From: an uncultured Planctomycetales bacterium
GTDB lineage: Bacteria > Omnitrophota > Gorgyraeia > Zapsychrales > Aceulaceae
Direction of reading: 5' to 3'
NCBI GenBank assembly: GCA_964648665.1
Contig: CAZYOA010000001.1
Span: 112,128-176,127 of the forward strand
Length of the DNA: 64,000 bases
The notes beneath the pieces were generated by a model. The model ran no database searches. It saw only the letters and a list, made by a program, of their open reading frames with translations, and was not told the origin of the DNA. Positions within the stretch are counted from its first letter, which is position 1; the number at the start of each line of letters is the position of its first letter. Below, piece by piece: positions 11,672-21,900 of the stretch. The position numbers and the translations under genes are program-made.

Positions 11672-12231
11672 TTTTAATGATCGATAATTATGATTCGTTT
11701 ACATATAATCTTGTTCAATATTTTGGTGAGCTTGGTGCAAATCTTGAGATTTTTCGAAATGATAAAATTACAATTTCAGAAATTAAGAAAAAGAAGCCAA
11801 GTCGTATTGTGATTTCTCCTGGACCAGGTCGACCAGAAAATGCTGGCATTTCAATTGAGTTGATTGAACAATTTTCTTCTAAAATTCCTATTTTAGGTGT
11901 GTGCTTAGGACATCAAGCTATTGGATCTGCATTTGGAGGGAAAATTATTCATGCCAAGAAATTAATGCATGGAAAAACATCTCTTATTTATCATAATGGC
12001 GAAGATATTTTTAAAGGTTTGACAGATCCATTTGAGGCAACGCGATACCATTCTCTAGTCATTGATCCAAAAAAATTACCTAAATGTTTAGAAGTTATAG
12101 CACAAACTCAGGATAAAGAAATTATGGGTATTCGTCATAAACAGTTTCCGCTTTGGGGTGTTCAGTTTCATCCAGAATCTATTTTAACTAAAGAGGGAAA
12201 ATCTCTTTTAAATAATTTTTTATCTCTTTAA
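11668..12231 (+). CDS. trpG: Anthranilate synthase component II / aminodeoxychorismate synthase glutamine amidotransferase
   Basis: Class-I GATase triad context (GVCLGHQ ... VQFHPES). 187 aa, directly followed by trpD. ATGA overlap with murA. Confidence 0.85.
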   Translation: MILMIDNYDSFTYNLVQYFGELGANLEIFRNDKITISEIKKKKPSRIVISPGPGRPENAGISIELIEQFSSKIPILGVCLGHQAIGSAFGGKIIHAKKLMHGKTSLIYHNGEDIFKGLTDPFEATRYHSLVIDPKKLPKCLEVIAQTQDKEIMGIRHKQFPLWGVQFHPESILTKEGKSLLNNFLSL

Positions 12232-12238
12232 TCTACCG

Positions 12239-13249
12239 ATGAATCAATATATTCAAAAAATAAGAAATGGTGAAAATTTAAGCTCAGAGCTTATGCAATC
12301 TGCGATGAAGGAAATTATGTCCGGAGAAGCTTCTCCTGAGGATTTATCTTCGCTATTATTAGCGTTAAGAGAAAAGGGTCCTAGCGTTGAAGAAATTACT
12401 GGTGCGGCTTTAGCTATGCGCCAATTTTCAATTAAAGTTAATAGTGATCAGTATAAAAATATTTTAGATACGTGTGGAACCGGAGGTGACAAGCTTGGCA
12501 CGTTTAATATTTCAACAGTTTCAGCATTTGTTGTCGCTGGTGCTGGTGGGATTGTTGCAAAGCATGGGAATCGATCGGTTTCTAGTAAATGTGGAAGCGC
12601 TGATGTTTTAGAAGAGCTTGGCATAAATGTGCAGATGGATGTAAACCGTTTAAGTGATTGTCTTGATAAAGTTGGGATTGCTTTTTTATTTGCACAAAAA
12701 CTGCATCCGGCGATGAAATATGCGGCTCCTGTACGTAAAAATCTTGGTGTTGAAACAATCTTTAATATTTTAGGTCCACTTACAAATCCTGCGAATGCAA
12801 CACATCAAATGATGGGAATTTATGACGAAAACTTTGTTGAACCAATGGCTCATGTTTTAAAGAATCTTGGACTTAAAAAGGCACTTGTTGTTCACGGTAT
12901 TGATGGACTTGACGAAATTACAACAACAGCAAAAACGTTTGCAAGCGAATTTGATGGACATGAAGTTAAAAATTACATTATTTCTCCCGAGAAATATAAT
13001 ATTAAGTATGCGTCATTAGAGGATATCGTTGGAGGAGGTCTTAAGGTTAACGCTGAAATTGTAATGGCTATTTTAAATGGAGAAAAAGGATCAAGAAGAG
13101 ACATTGTTGTTTTAAATGCAGGTTATGCATTATATATTGCCGATATTGCAGAAAGTGTTGAAAAAGGTATTGAGATTGCTCGTCAGTCAATTGATTCAGG
13201 TAAAGCTTTGAGTAAGCTTAAACTTTTAAAAGAGTACACAAATCAATAA
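12239..13249 (+). CDS. trpD: Anthranilate phosphoribosyltransferase
   Basis: DTCGTGGDKLGTFNIST and KHGNRSVSSKCGSADVLE motifs. 336 aa. Confidence 0.9.
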   Translation: MNQYIQKIRNGENLSSELMQSAMKEIMSGEASPEDLSSLLLALREKGPSVEEITGAALAMRQFSIKVNSDQYKNILDTCGTGGDKLGTFNISTVSAFVVAGAGGIVAKHGNRSVSSKCGSADVLEELGINVQMDVNRLSDCLDKVGIAFLFAQKLHPAMKYAAPVRKNLGVETIFNILGPLTNPANATHQMMGIYDENFVEPMAHVLKNLGLKKALVVHGIDGLDEITTTAKTFASEFDGHEVKNYIISPEKYNIKYASLEDIVGGGLKVNAEIVMAILNGEKGSRRDIVVLNAGYALYIADIAESVEKGIEIARQSIDSGKALSKLKLLKEYTNQ

Positions 13250-14037
13250 TGAATGATTTTCTTAAAAAAATTCTATCTCATAAAAAAGGTTTAATTGAGA
13301 AAAAAAGAGCTTTCTATGACAATCTTAAAAATAAGCTTCAAGGGGGAGATCATTCGCGCTATTCACTCTTTAAGAGAATTATATCTCACCCAGGAGAAGT
13401 TAATTTAATCGCAGAAATTAAAAAAGCTTCTCCATCAAGAGGGCTTATTTGTAAAGAATTCAGCGTGCCAGGGCTGGCTCGAAAATATGTGAATAGCAAA
13501 GCGGTTGCTATATCAGTTGTGACGGAAGAAAAGTTTTTCCTCGGGAAACCTCCGTATGTTCGCGATGTTTCAGAATATTTTAAAGTTCCGGTTTTAGCTA
13601 AGGATTTTTTTGTTGATGAGGTGCAAGTTTATGAAGCATTCGCTCATGGCGCGAGTGCGATTCTTCTGATTGTAGCGATTTTAAGTGATGATGAAATAAA
13701 GAGTTTGAGTAAGATTGCAGAAGGTCTTGATATGGATTGTCTTGTTGAAGTTCACGACGATCAAGAGCTTGGTCGTGTTATTGATCTTGGGTGCAGTATT
13801 ATAGGAATTAATAACCGAAACCTTAAAACATTTGAAGTTGATTTCTCAACATGTGAAACTTTGATTCCAAAAATTCCAAAAGATCGAATTATCGTTGCTG
13901 AAAGTGGAATTAAAACGCATGATCAAATTGAAAAACTTAAAACCTTAGGTGCTCATGCGGTTTTGATTGGAGAAACATTTTTGCGATCAGGAAATGTTGA
14001 AGAAAAAATAAAAGAGGTTATGCATGGTTCGAATTAA
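13249..14037 (+). CDS. trpC: Indole-3-glycerol phosphate synthase
   Basis: IAEIKKASPS.G and IGINNRNL.TFEVD motifs. 262 aa. Confidence 0.9.
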   Translation: MNDFLKKILSHKKGLIEKKRAFYDNLKNKLQGGDHSRYSLFKRIISHPGEVNLIAEIKKASPSRGLICKEFSVPGLARKYVNSKAVAISVVTEEKFFLGKPPYVRDVSEYFKVPVLAKDFFVDEVQVYEAFAHGASAILLIVAILSDDEIKSLSKIAEGLDMDCLVEVHDDQELGRVIDLGCSIIGINNRNLKTFEVDFSTCETLIPKIPKDRIIVAESGIKTHDQIEKLKTLGAHAVLIGETFLRSGNVEEKIKEVMHGSN

Positions 14038-14635
14038 AGTCTGCGGATTAACAAATAAAAAAGATGCTTTAGCCGTTGTTAATTTAGATGTTTGGGCTGT
14101 TGGATTTATTTTTTATAAAAAGAGTTCACGATATGTTGAGCCTAAAGATGTCAAAAAGATTATTGATGCGTTGTCATCTAAGACGCTAACTGTTGGTGTC
14201 TTTGTTAATCAAGAAGAGCAAGAGATCAATGATATTGTTAAAACTTGCGGTCTAAAAGCTGTTCAGTTTCATGGTGATGAAACACCAAAAGAATGCATGA
14301 AAATTAAAGGTGTTAAAACGATAAAAGCTATTCGTGTTAAAAATAAAAAGGATATCTTAAAAGCTGCAAAATATAAAACAGATTATTTGCTTTTTGATAC
14401 GTTTAAAGAAAAAGTTTTTGGAGGAACCGGAAAAGTTTTTGATTGGAATTTACTAAAAGATAAATCTTTGAATAAAAGAAAAGTTATTCTTTCAGGTGGA
14501 TTAAATCCAAAAAATATTGTTGAGGCAGCATCTTCAGTTAAAGCTTATGCTTTTGATGTTTCAAGTGGTGTTGAGCGACGACCTGGAAAAAAATGTCATC
14601 GACTTCTTAAAACATTCTTTAAACAGATAGATTAG
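14024..14635 (+). CDS. trpF: Phosphoribosylanthranilate isomerase
   Basis: 203 aa. IKVCGLT N-terminus, VQFHGDE, and a C-terminal FDVSSGVE motif. Position after trpC. Confidence 0.8.
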   Translation: MVRIKVCGLTNKKDALAVVNLDVWAVGFIFYKKSSRYVEPKDVKKIIDALSSKTLTVGVFVNQEEQEINDIVKTCGLKAVQFHGDETPKECMKIKGVKTIKAIRVKNKKDILKAAKYKTDYLLFDTFKEKVFGGTGKVFDWNLLKDKSLNKRKVILSGGLNPKNIVEAASSVKAYAFDVSSGVERRPGKKCHRLLKTFFKQID

Positions 14636-14652
14636 TAAGAGGAGAGGGCAAT

Positions 14653-15321
14653 ATGAGCCGAATTGTTTTTGATATTGAAACGTTTGGGCAAGATTTTGAT
14701 TCTTTGGATGAGAAATCTCAAGAATATTTTCTGCGATTTGCTAAAACAGATCAAGACATTGAAGATGCCAAAAACAGTCTTTCATTTTATCCTGTGACTG
14801 CTCAAATTGTTACTATTGGTATGCTTGATGTTGATAGCAATAAAAGTTTTGTTTTTTACCAAAATGAGGGAGCTCCTGAGAAAATTCAAGAAGACAATGT
14901 TACGTATATTTCTGGAAACGAAAAAGAAATTTTAGAGCATTTCTGGCAGTTGATAGATAAGGCTAGCGTTTTTGTAACTTTTAATGGACGTGCTTTTGAC
15001 TGTCCATTTATCATGATTCGCTCAGCTGTTAATTCTGTAAAAGCAACTAAAAATCTAGTACCATATCGTTATGGGAAAGGGCCACATGTTGATCTTATGG
15101 ATCAGTTAACGTTTTATGATGCTATGCGAAGAAAGTTCAGCCTTGATATGTGGTGTAAAGCTTTTGGTATTAAAAGCCCTAAAGAAGAGGGTGTTACGGG
15201 TCTTCAGGTTAAAGATTTGTTCAAAGAAGGCAAACATATGGATATTGCACAATATTGCGCCAGAGATCTTTTAGCTACCAAAGAACTATATATATATTGG
15301 GATAAATATATAAAGAATTAA
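14653..15321 (+). CDS. DEDDy-type 3'-5' exonuclease, RNase H-like fold (PolB-exonuclease-like stand-alone protein)
   Basis: Exo I IVFDIETFG (DxE), Exo II FNGRAFDCPFI, Exo III YCARDLLAT (YxxxD). 222 aa. GAGGAG RBS 17 nt after the trpF stop. Confidence 0.65.
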   Translation: MSRIVFDIETFGQDFDSLDEKSQEYFLRFAKTDQDIEDAKNSLSFYPVTAQIVTIGMLDVDSNKSFVFYQNEGAPEKIQEDNVTYISGNEKEILEHFWQLIDKASVFVTFNGRAFDCPFIMIRSAVNSVKATKNLVPYRYGKGPHVDLMDQLTFYDAMRRKFSLDMWCKAFGIKSPKEEGVTGLQVKDLFKEGKHMDIAQYCARDLLATKELYIYWDKYIKN

Positions 15322-15334
15322 AATTCCTCCTACC

Positions 15335-15362
15335 TTGTTATTTACTATTTATATGCTATATT
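15335..15362 (+). promoter_or_regulatory. Sigma-70-like promoter with extended -10 (TTGTTA-16 nt-TATATT, TGc upstream of -10)
   Basis: TTGTTA at 15335-15340. TGCTATATT at 15354-15362. The same TATGCTATATTT 12-mer recurs at two other promoter-like sites in the window. The structured RNA begins about 7 nt downstream. Confidence 0.45.
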
Positions 15363-15368
15363 TGAAGT

Positions 15369-15567
15369 GAGCCGATAAAGGTAAACCCGAGGAAACTCGG
15401 GGACACAAAACCGCAGGCCTAAGTTGTCTGAAACATTGCGCGTCCTTTGTCCAAGTGGCACAAGGATGATTCTGAACCGATTAGGTTGAAGTGGATGGCA
15501 AGATGGCGGCTGGGTTACCGAAGGCAGTTCAAGGTTGAGGGGCAAAAATCCCAAACTTTGTCGGCTC
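15369..15567 (+). promoter_or_regulatory. c-di-GMP-I (GEMM-I) riboswitch-like structured RNA with an enlarged receptor helix, closed by a 12-bp outer helix
   Basis: AAGGUAAACC-CGAG-GAAA-CUCG-GGGACACAAAACCGCAGGCCUAAG...GAUGGCGGCUGGGUUACCGAAGG parallels the Vc2 aptamer pattern GGCAAACC-stem-GAAA-stem-GGGACGCAAAGCC..GGCCUAAAC...GCGGGGUUACCGAUGG. There is a GAAA-capped 6-bp hairpin at 15386-15401. The tetraloop-receptor halves are CCUAAG (15418-15423) and GAUGG (15502-15506). The outer helix pairs 15369-15380 with 15556-15567. Called from memory of the family consensus, not from a covariance-model run. Confidence 0.6.
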
Positions 15568-15593
15568 TTTTCTTCTTCATCTTCGTTAATATT

Positions 15594-15622
15594 AGCCCTG
15601 ATAATTTCAGGGTCTTTTTTTT
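15594..15622 (+). terminator. Rho-independent terminator ending the structured RNA
   Basis: Stem CCCTGA (15596-15601) pairs with TCAGGG (15607-15612), 5-nt loop, then a run of 8 T (15615-15622). Confidence 0.75.
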
Positions 15623-15811
15623 GCTGGTTTTCAGCGCCAAATGTAGAAAAAGCAGCTAGAGAATCCCTTAGAGTGGGATTTAGAGGCAGGATTTCTGAAA
15701 TTTTTCACGTTATTTCGATAAAACCTTGATTTTATTATATATTTTTTTAGATTAGAGATTTAAGTTAATTATTTTAAATAGATTATATCTTATCGTTCTT
15801 AGGCTTTAGAC

Positions 15812-15839
15812 TTGAATTTTTAAAAAAGTATGCTATATT
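15812..15839 (+). promoter_or_regulatory. Sigma-70-like promoter with extended -10 in front of the first giant gene
   Basis: TTGAAT (15812-15817), 16-nt spacer ending TGc, TATATT (15834-15839). It would give a ~140-nt leader before the AAGGAG RBS and ATG 15983. Confidence 0.4.
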
Positions 15840-15982
15840 TTAATAACTATTTAGCAGTAAGTCATTTTTTATTGTTTTTATTCTTTTATTTAATTCCCGC
15901 CACGGAAAAATATTTGATCAATCTTCGTCTTTGAAGGCATGATTTGACGTTTTTCAACTTCTAAAACTACAAGGAGAGCCAA

Positions 15983-18900
15983 ATGTTCCAACGCTTTAAA
16001 AATCCTAAACAAAAATCTTTGTCCAACATTGTATCTATTTTTATTATCTTTTGTTTTTCGCTAAGCTCGGTTGCTCCTAGCTACGCCCAGAGTCTGTCTG
16101 TGCTTCCAGCTCCAGGCACGATGATCATGCAAACACCTGGATTTTCTCCAGTTCTTGTTCGAGCTTTGGAAATAAGCCCTGAAAATCCATTGCAATTTGG
16201 ATTTATTGTTGATAACGGGGATACTGGATTTGAAGGTGAGGAGCTGACGCAAGAGACGAAAAAATTAATTCGTTATTTTTTAGCTTCTTTAACAACGCCA
16301 GAAAAGGACATGTGGGTCAACCTTTCTCCGTATGAAGAAAATCGCATTATTGCTGATAATTTTGGCGAGACACAGATGGGTCGTGATCTTCTGGCACAAG
16401 ATTATATTTTAAAGCAACTTACGGCATCTTTGATTTATCCAGAAGATGAACTTGGAAAGAAATTTTGGGATAAAATTTATAAAACAGCTTATGAAAAGTT
16501 TGGAACGACAGATATTCCTTTAAATACGTTTAATAAAGTATGGATTGTGCCAAAGACAGCAGAAATTTATGAGCACGATAACAAGGTGTTTGTTATTAAT
16601 AGCGAGCTTGAGATTATGATGGAAGAGGATTATCTTTCCTTGGAAAAGAATCTTAATCGTGAAGATTTAGGCGCCAAGCAGACAAATAAAGCAGAAGCTA
16701 AGAGTGTAAGCGCGATTTCTTCCGAAATTGTTCGCGAGATTGTTATTCCAGCGATTACAAAAGAAGTTAATGAGGGAAAGAATTTTGCTAATCTTCGCCA
16801 GATTTATAATGCTATGATTTTAGCAACGTGGTACAAAAAAAATCTTAAAGAGAGTCTTTTGGGAAAAGTGTATGTGGATCAAAGTAAGAATAAGGGCATT
16901 GATTTAAAAGATAAGCAGGCTTCTCAAAAAGTCTATGACCAGTATATCGAAGCGTTCAAGAAAGGCGTGTATGATTATATAAAGGTAGAGAGCGATTCTA
17001 AAACTGGAAGAAATATTCCTCGTAAGTATTTTTCAGGTGGAGCTCTTGCTGTTTCTTCAATGAGGAATGTTATTCCTGATAGTAATGATTTAGCCCCAAA
17101 TGGAGATGTTGTTCAGAATTATAAATTTGAATTAGTTGAAAATGCGAATGAAGGTGAAGCGGGTCCGGCAGTTATATCTTCAAACATGATGATTCAGAAT
17201 ATACTTTCTCAAAAAACTTTAACAAGAGAGGGATTGCATACAGTTTTGTCTGCCATTATTAGTGAAGCCGAAAAAGATAAATCATTTGAAGAAAATGAAA
17301 GAAGGGATCTTGTTTTTATACGAGATGATGGCCAAAAGATTGGGCTAAAGTTTCTTTCTGAAATGGATATAAAGGTTGGGAAAGCTCTTTTGGGTGATGA
17401 AATGAGCGGAAAGTTTAAAGAAGTAATAGTTGAGTATAAAAATAATGGAACTTTCTTTCGACTTCTTATTGGTACCAAATCCCCGTTTCTTACAGACAGC
17501 TTTTGGGAAGTTGCTTCAGATAATGAAGGGCAAAACGAAGCGCTTAAAAAAGCTATTCAAAATGTTTTAGGGCTAAAAAAATCTGTAAGACATAAAATTA
17601 GAGTGTCTAGCAATCTTGTTTCACAGATAAACAAAAAGATTGGTACGCAACTTCCTGGATCTTTAACATCAGAAGATGCACAAAAAAAGGCATGTGAAAT
17701 ACTAGAGCGCTTTAGTCCTCACGCTGTAACTAAGACGGCTTTTGATATTAATGGAAATATGGAATTTGCACATTTTGAAGTTGTTGATGGTTTTTGGATA
17801 GCAGTAAGTGGTGGGGATTTTAGTAGTATGAGTTCAGGTGATGGCGTTCAGACAACAGCTTCGTCAACGCTTGCTTCTGTTAAGACAATCCAAGATATTG
17901 CGCCTCTAGCTATTGAATTACTTAAAAATAACACTACAGCTTTACATGTTAGTTTGTTAGATGATGGTCTGGTTTCAGCTGGATATCTTCCCTATAAGGA
18001 GTTTTTAAATAATGCGCCTGAAGATATGGAGGCTTTGCCTTTGGCAAGATATATACAGATTGATCTTAATTTTAACTCTATGTTTTATGATAGTTTGATT
18101 ACATTCCAGATTGATGATGAAGGGGGAGTTGTGATTCATGAAGTCTCTTCTCCTAAAGCGGAAAATCAAAAGACGATAAGAAAAATTTTCCAAGGAATTT
18201 TAGATGGTTATGTTGGAAATCTTCCAGAGATACAAGGAGACGGTTACACTGGAATATCTAGCTCAAACTTAAAGGTAAGAATAAATAAGCAAATTGAAGG
18301 AGATGAAAGTATTTCTCCTGATCTTTCACCTCGAGAAGCTCAACAAAAAGCCATGGAGAAGATTGAAGGGCTTCAAGCTGGCGCTCTTGGCGGCAATTTC
18401 TTTGATGCTTCTGACAAGCTTGGAGACTATCGCTTTTCTGTTATAGATGGTTTTTGGAAAGTTACAATTGTAAATGAAAAGCCAGCAAAAAATCAAATTA
18501 AAGCGTCTAACAATCTTAATGCAAATAATATTCAAAAGATATCTTCTCAAAAAACTATGAACTCTGCAGCAACAGAAGCCGAGAGGCTGGTTAAAGCGGC
18601 TCTAAATCCTAGAATTAAAAGTTTAAAAGATTTTCAGAAAGTTTCTTGGAGCAATGATCTCAGAGATAGCGGATGGACAGGTATTGATGACTACATGCAC
18701 GAAAGTTATGCACCTTGGAAAGTAAAACAGAGATTAGGGCAACTATCGATAGAAGAAAATGCCGTATTTATTGATACGGACAATAAGAAAATTATACAGG
18801 CTAAAGATATCCTTCCTTTGTTTGGAGAAGTTGATCATCCTGAAGTTTACCGAATCTTTTTTAAAGACGGATCTCGTATTTCTTTGTTAAGCAAAGGGTC

Positions 18901-21900
18901 CGGAGCCTCTGCTGGTGCTGGTCAGAAGAATTCTTTGGTAAGCACTCTTGGAACTGCTAAAGATATTCAAAGTAATATTAAAAAGCAGATTTTCTTTAAA
19001 AAGAATAGTCTGTCTAAAAAGGTAAAATTGGGTAAAACAGAAGTAGCTGATCCGAAATCTATTCAGACTAAACTTCTTGAAGCGCTGGGTAAAACGCAAA
19101 ACGACACTGAGGATAGTAATCTTGAAAGTGATTGGGTTTATATGTCATTAAAGAATGGTGATTTCGTTGAGATGAAAAAGTCTTCAAAATCTCCCGCTTG
19201 GAAAGTTAGGAAAGAAAATCTTTCTGAGACGGCACGAGAGCAGGTAATGGTTGATCAAGCTCAAAGTATTAAAAATATATTTGAAGATGAAAAGGCAGAA
19301 ATTAATGTGAAAGATGGTTTTGCATTCAATGGTTCTTTGGTGCAAATTTATTCTCCTGCTAACGAACTTACGCTTGTCGCTTATGCTTCGACAGTTAACA
19401 ATGAAGTTGATTCTGCATTTTTGCATAAAGGAAAAATAACTGAGGACATTCCTCTTATCAGAAAGAGTTTTACTCCTAAAAAGATAGAAGCTCCTGCTGT
19501 CGGACTTCCTCTTGGTCCTGAAAAGAAACCACTTGTTGGTGCTAATTTTATTGTTCCAGATATGCATATGACGTTATCTGCAATTCTAAATGCTGCACAA
19601 GTGCGCAAGGCAAGTTCAACATTATCTTTGAAATATCCAGGACCATTTAATGTTAGCAGTTTTGTCGCTCAATTAAAAGCTTCGCTTGAGTTTCCAACCT
19701 ATTTTCTTATTAAAGTTGGCAAGAAAGAATATACAGAAGGTGAACTTTTAAAAGAAGAGTTATCTTTGAAGACTGGTGAAATATTAGAATTAAGTTTTTC
19801 TGAGAATCGTTTTTCAGCTCGGCAGATTAATCTTTCAATACAGAAACAAGATGGTTCTGTATTAATTAGCGCTAAAGCGCTTGCGCAGGTTGGGGAACCT
19901 AGTTTTATTTCTTATCCTAAAATTAATCAACAGGTAGCTAGAATTCTTGATTTCGAAACAGCATTCGATTATCTGCAATCTTTAAAAGCAGTTAACCCTC
20001 CTAGTGGGAGGGCTATATATGATAGGCATGCCGAGGCTTCTAAGAAAGCAACTCAGAATAAGCAAACGAGTTCGAATCTTAATACTAAAAAGTATGAAAT
20101 TAAGGCTCTTAATCATGCGCAATTTCTTGAAATTAAAGAAAAAGCTAAAAAAGGTATTGATATCTTAGGGATTAAAGATTTTAAAAAGGCAACCTGGCTA
20201 GATCTTCTAAAGGCAGTATTTCTTAAAGTTAGCTTTGATGTCTCTGATCGTATATCAAGTAAATTTTATAATCTGAAAGCGCTAGCAGATGGTATATTTA
20301 ATTTTGAATTTTTAGAGAATGACAAAATTGTTGTTGAGGTAAGCGGGGCAAATGATCTTTCGCGAGAATATTCCTTAGGTATTCTTAAAAAAGAGCTTGG
20401 TCTTCAAGATGATCAGATTTTTCTTAAAAAGACATCGAGTTCAAATATGAAGTTGACGCAAAAGTTTATTAATACTTTTCGTCGTGAAGTTTCTGATATT
20501 GATGAGCTTCTCAATTTTAGACGTTTTAAAATCAGTTTATCTAAAGAGCAAGTTGATGGAATTAAAAAGGCTTTGGGTACAGAATCTTTAAAATCTATGG
20601 GAATGATTTCAAGCGGAAAAGATCGTCAGTTAAGCGATGATTTTAATCAACCTACAGGCGAGGATTCTTTTGTTGAGTTTTATGTTGAAACGTCTGATTC
20701 GAAATGGTCTGAGACTGTTATGAAAATAAAGTCTGAAGGTGCTTATCTACGCTTTATGGTTGAGCTTTTTAATAAAAATTCAGATTTAGCGAGAGAAGTT
20801 ATTAAAGATATGCTAAATCAGAAATCTGTTAAATATTTTGAGTTTATGGTTAATTTTATTAAACATTTAGAAAAAAGATTTCCCGATAATAAATTAATGT
20901 TACAGATGAATAGCGCCGAGAAGCTTGAGGGTAGCGCGGGCTTTATAAGCAATAGAAATAAATTTATAAATGGAATCGTTGAAAGAAGTACTATTGGAAT
21001 AAGTTTTGAGCTGAATGATGAAGAATTAATTACAGTTATGTCTGCGCAAGGAGAATACATAGTTACAGAGTATGGTTCTTGGCTTGAGAAGTACGGACTT
21101 CCTAACCTTGTTTACGGTTTGGTTGATTATAATGATGATATGAATCTTAAAAAGAAATCGACTTCAAGTAATATTAAAAAGGATACCAAAGAAATTGCTG
21201 GTGGTTCAAGGCTTGAGAGTACTTTTGATCCCGTAGCAGTAAAGACAACACATCAGTTTAAAAATGGTCTTCATGTCGATTGGACGTTTGAAGAAAAAGG
21301 AGATCACGCATATGATTCATCTGACCAGATTTTTGATAGCAGAGAGGCCGGGATGAAGAAAAGAAAGGGTAGCTCGGTGATGGTGAAGCAAGAGTTTTCT
21401 GTTTCTCGAGCAGGAAAACAAGGTATTTTAGACATGCGAAGTTCAATTAAAAAGAACCCTCGTACTATTGCAGGCAATATTGCAAAAGTCGCAAGGCTAA
21501 AGGATGTTGATCTTAGAGGTCTGGATGATAATTTGTATGGTGATGAATTAGGGTTTTCTTTTAATGGGGGGTCTTTAACAGTTAATTATAGCAAGAGTCT
21601 AGGTAATTCAGCAAAGATTACAGTTCAAGTTAATGAAGGGGAAGAATCAGAAGTCACTATTAATCGCATTTTTGCTGCAACCTGCGAAGTTCTTTCGCTT
21701 TATAAGAGGAGTGCCAGCTCGGCGATGGTGATTAAAATGTATAAAGCAAAAAATCGTGCTAGCAAATGGACTTCTATTGATGATGAAGATGTAAAAGAAG
21801 GAAAAGAAGTATGGTTTGCAGGGCAAATCATTGATAATACGGAGGCTGATGGAGGATGGGAGAGAATTGTTAATTTTAGAAATAAGAGTAGCCTTGTTAT

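Noticed and set aside
15369-15567. Alternative identities for the structured RNA: 6S RNA (long closing helix, GAGCCGAUA and GUUCAAGG strings reminiscent of E. coli ssrS) or RNase P RNA (GAGGAAAC resembles the P4 strand GAGGAAAGUCC).
   Set aside because: The GAGGAAAC string is simply a CCCGAG-GAAA-CUCGGG hairpin. At ~200 nt the element is far too short for RNase P, and it lacks the ACAGAACCCGGCUUA-type 3' P4 strand. The 6S similarity is limited to short strings, whereas the GEMM-I pattern matches across the tetraloop, the receptor and both conserved junction strands. 6S remains the fallback if the covariance-model search fails.
15345-15729. Three track ORFs (15345-15554 minus strand, 15447-15659 and 15535-15729 plus strand) in the trpF-giant gene intergenic region.
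   Set aside because: They overlap one another and the highly structured RNA and terminator, have no RBS, use non-ATG starts or give low-complexity products. The region is better explained as a non-coding regulatory RNA.
19184-19608. Antisense ORFs of 127 aa and 75 aa inside giant gene 1, and similar ones inside giant gene 2 (for example 29885-30238, 35256-35543).
   Set aside because: These are shadow ORFs in AT-rich coding DNA, with no RBS or promoter context and products rich in F/I/K/N/R. The sense-strand ORFs are uninterrupted for more than 7 kb.
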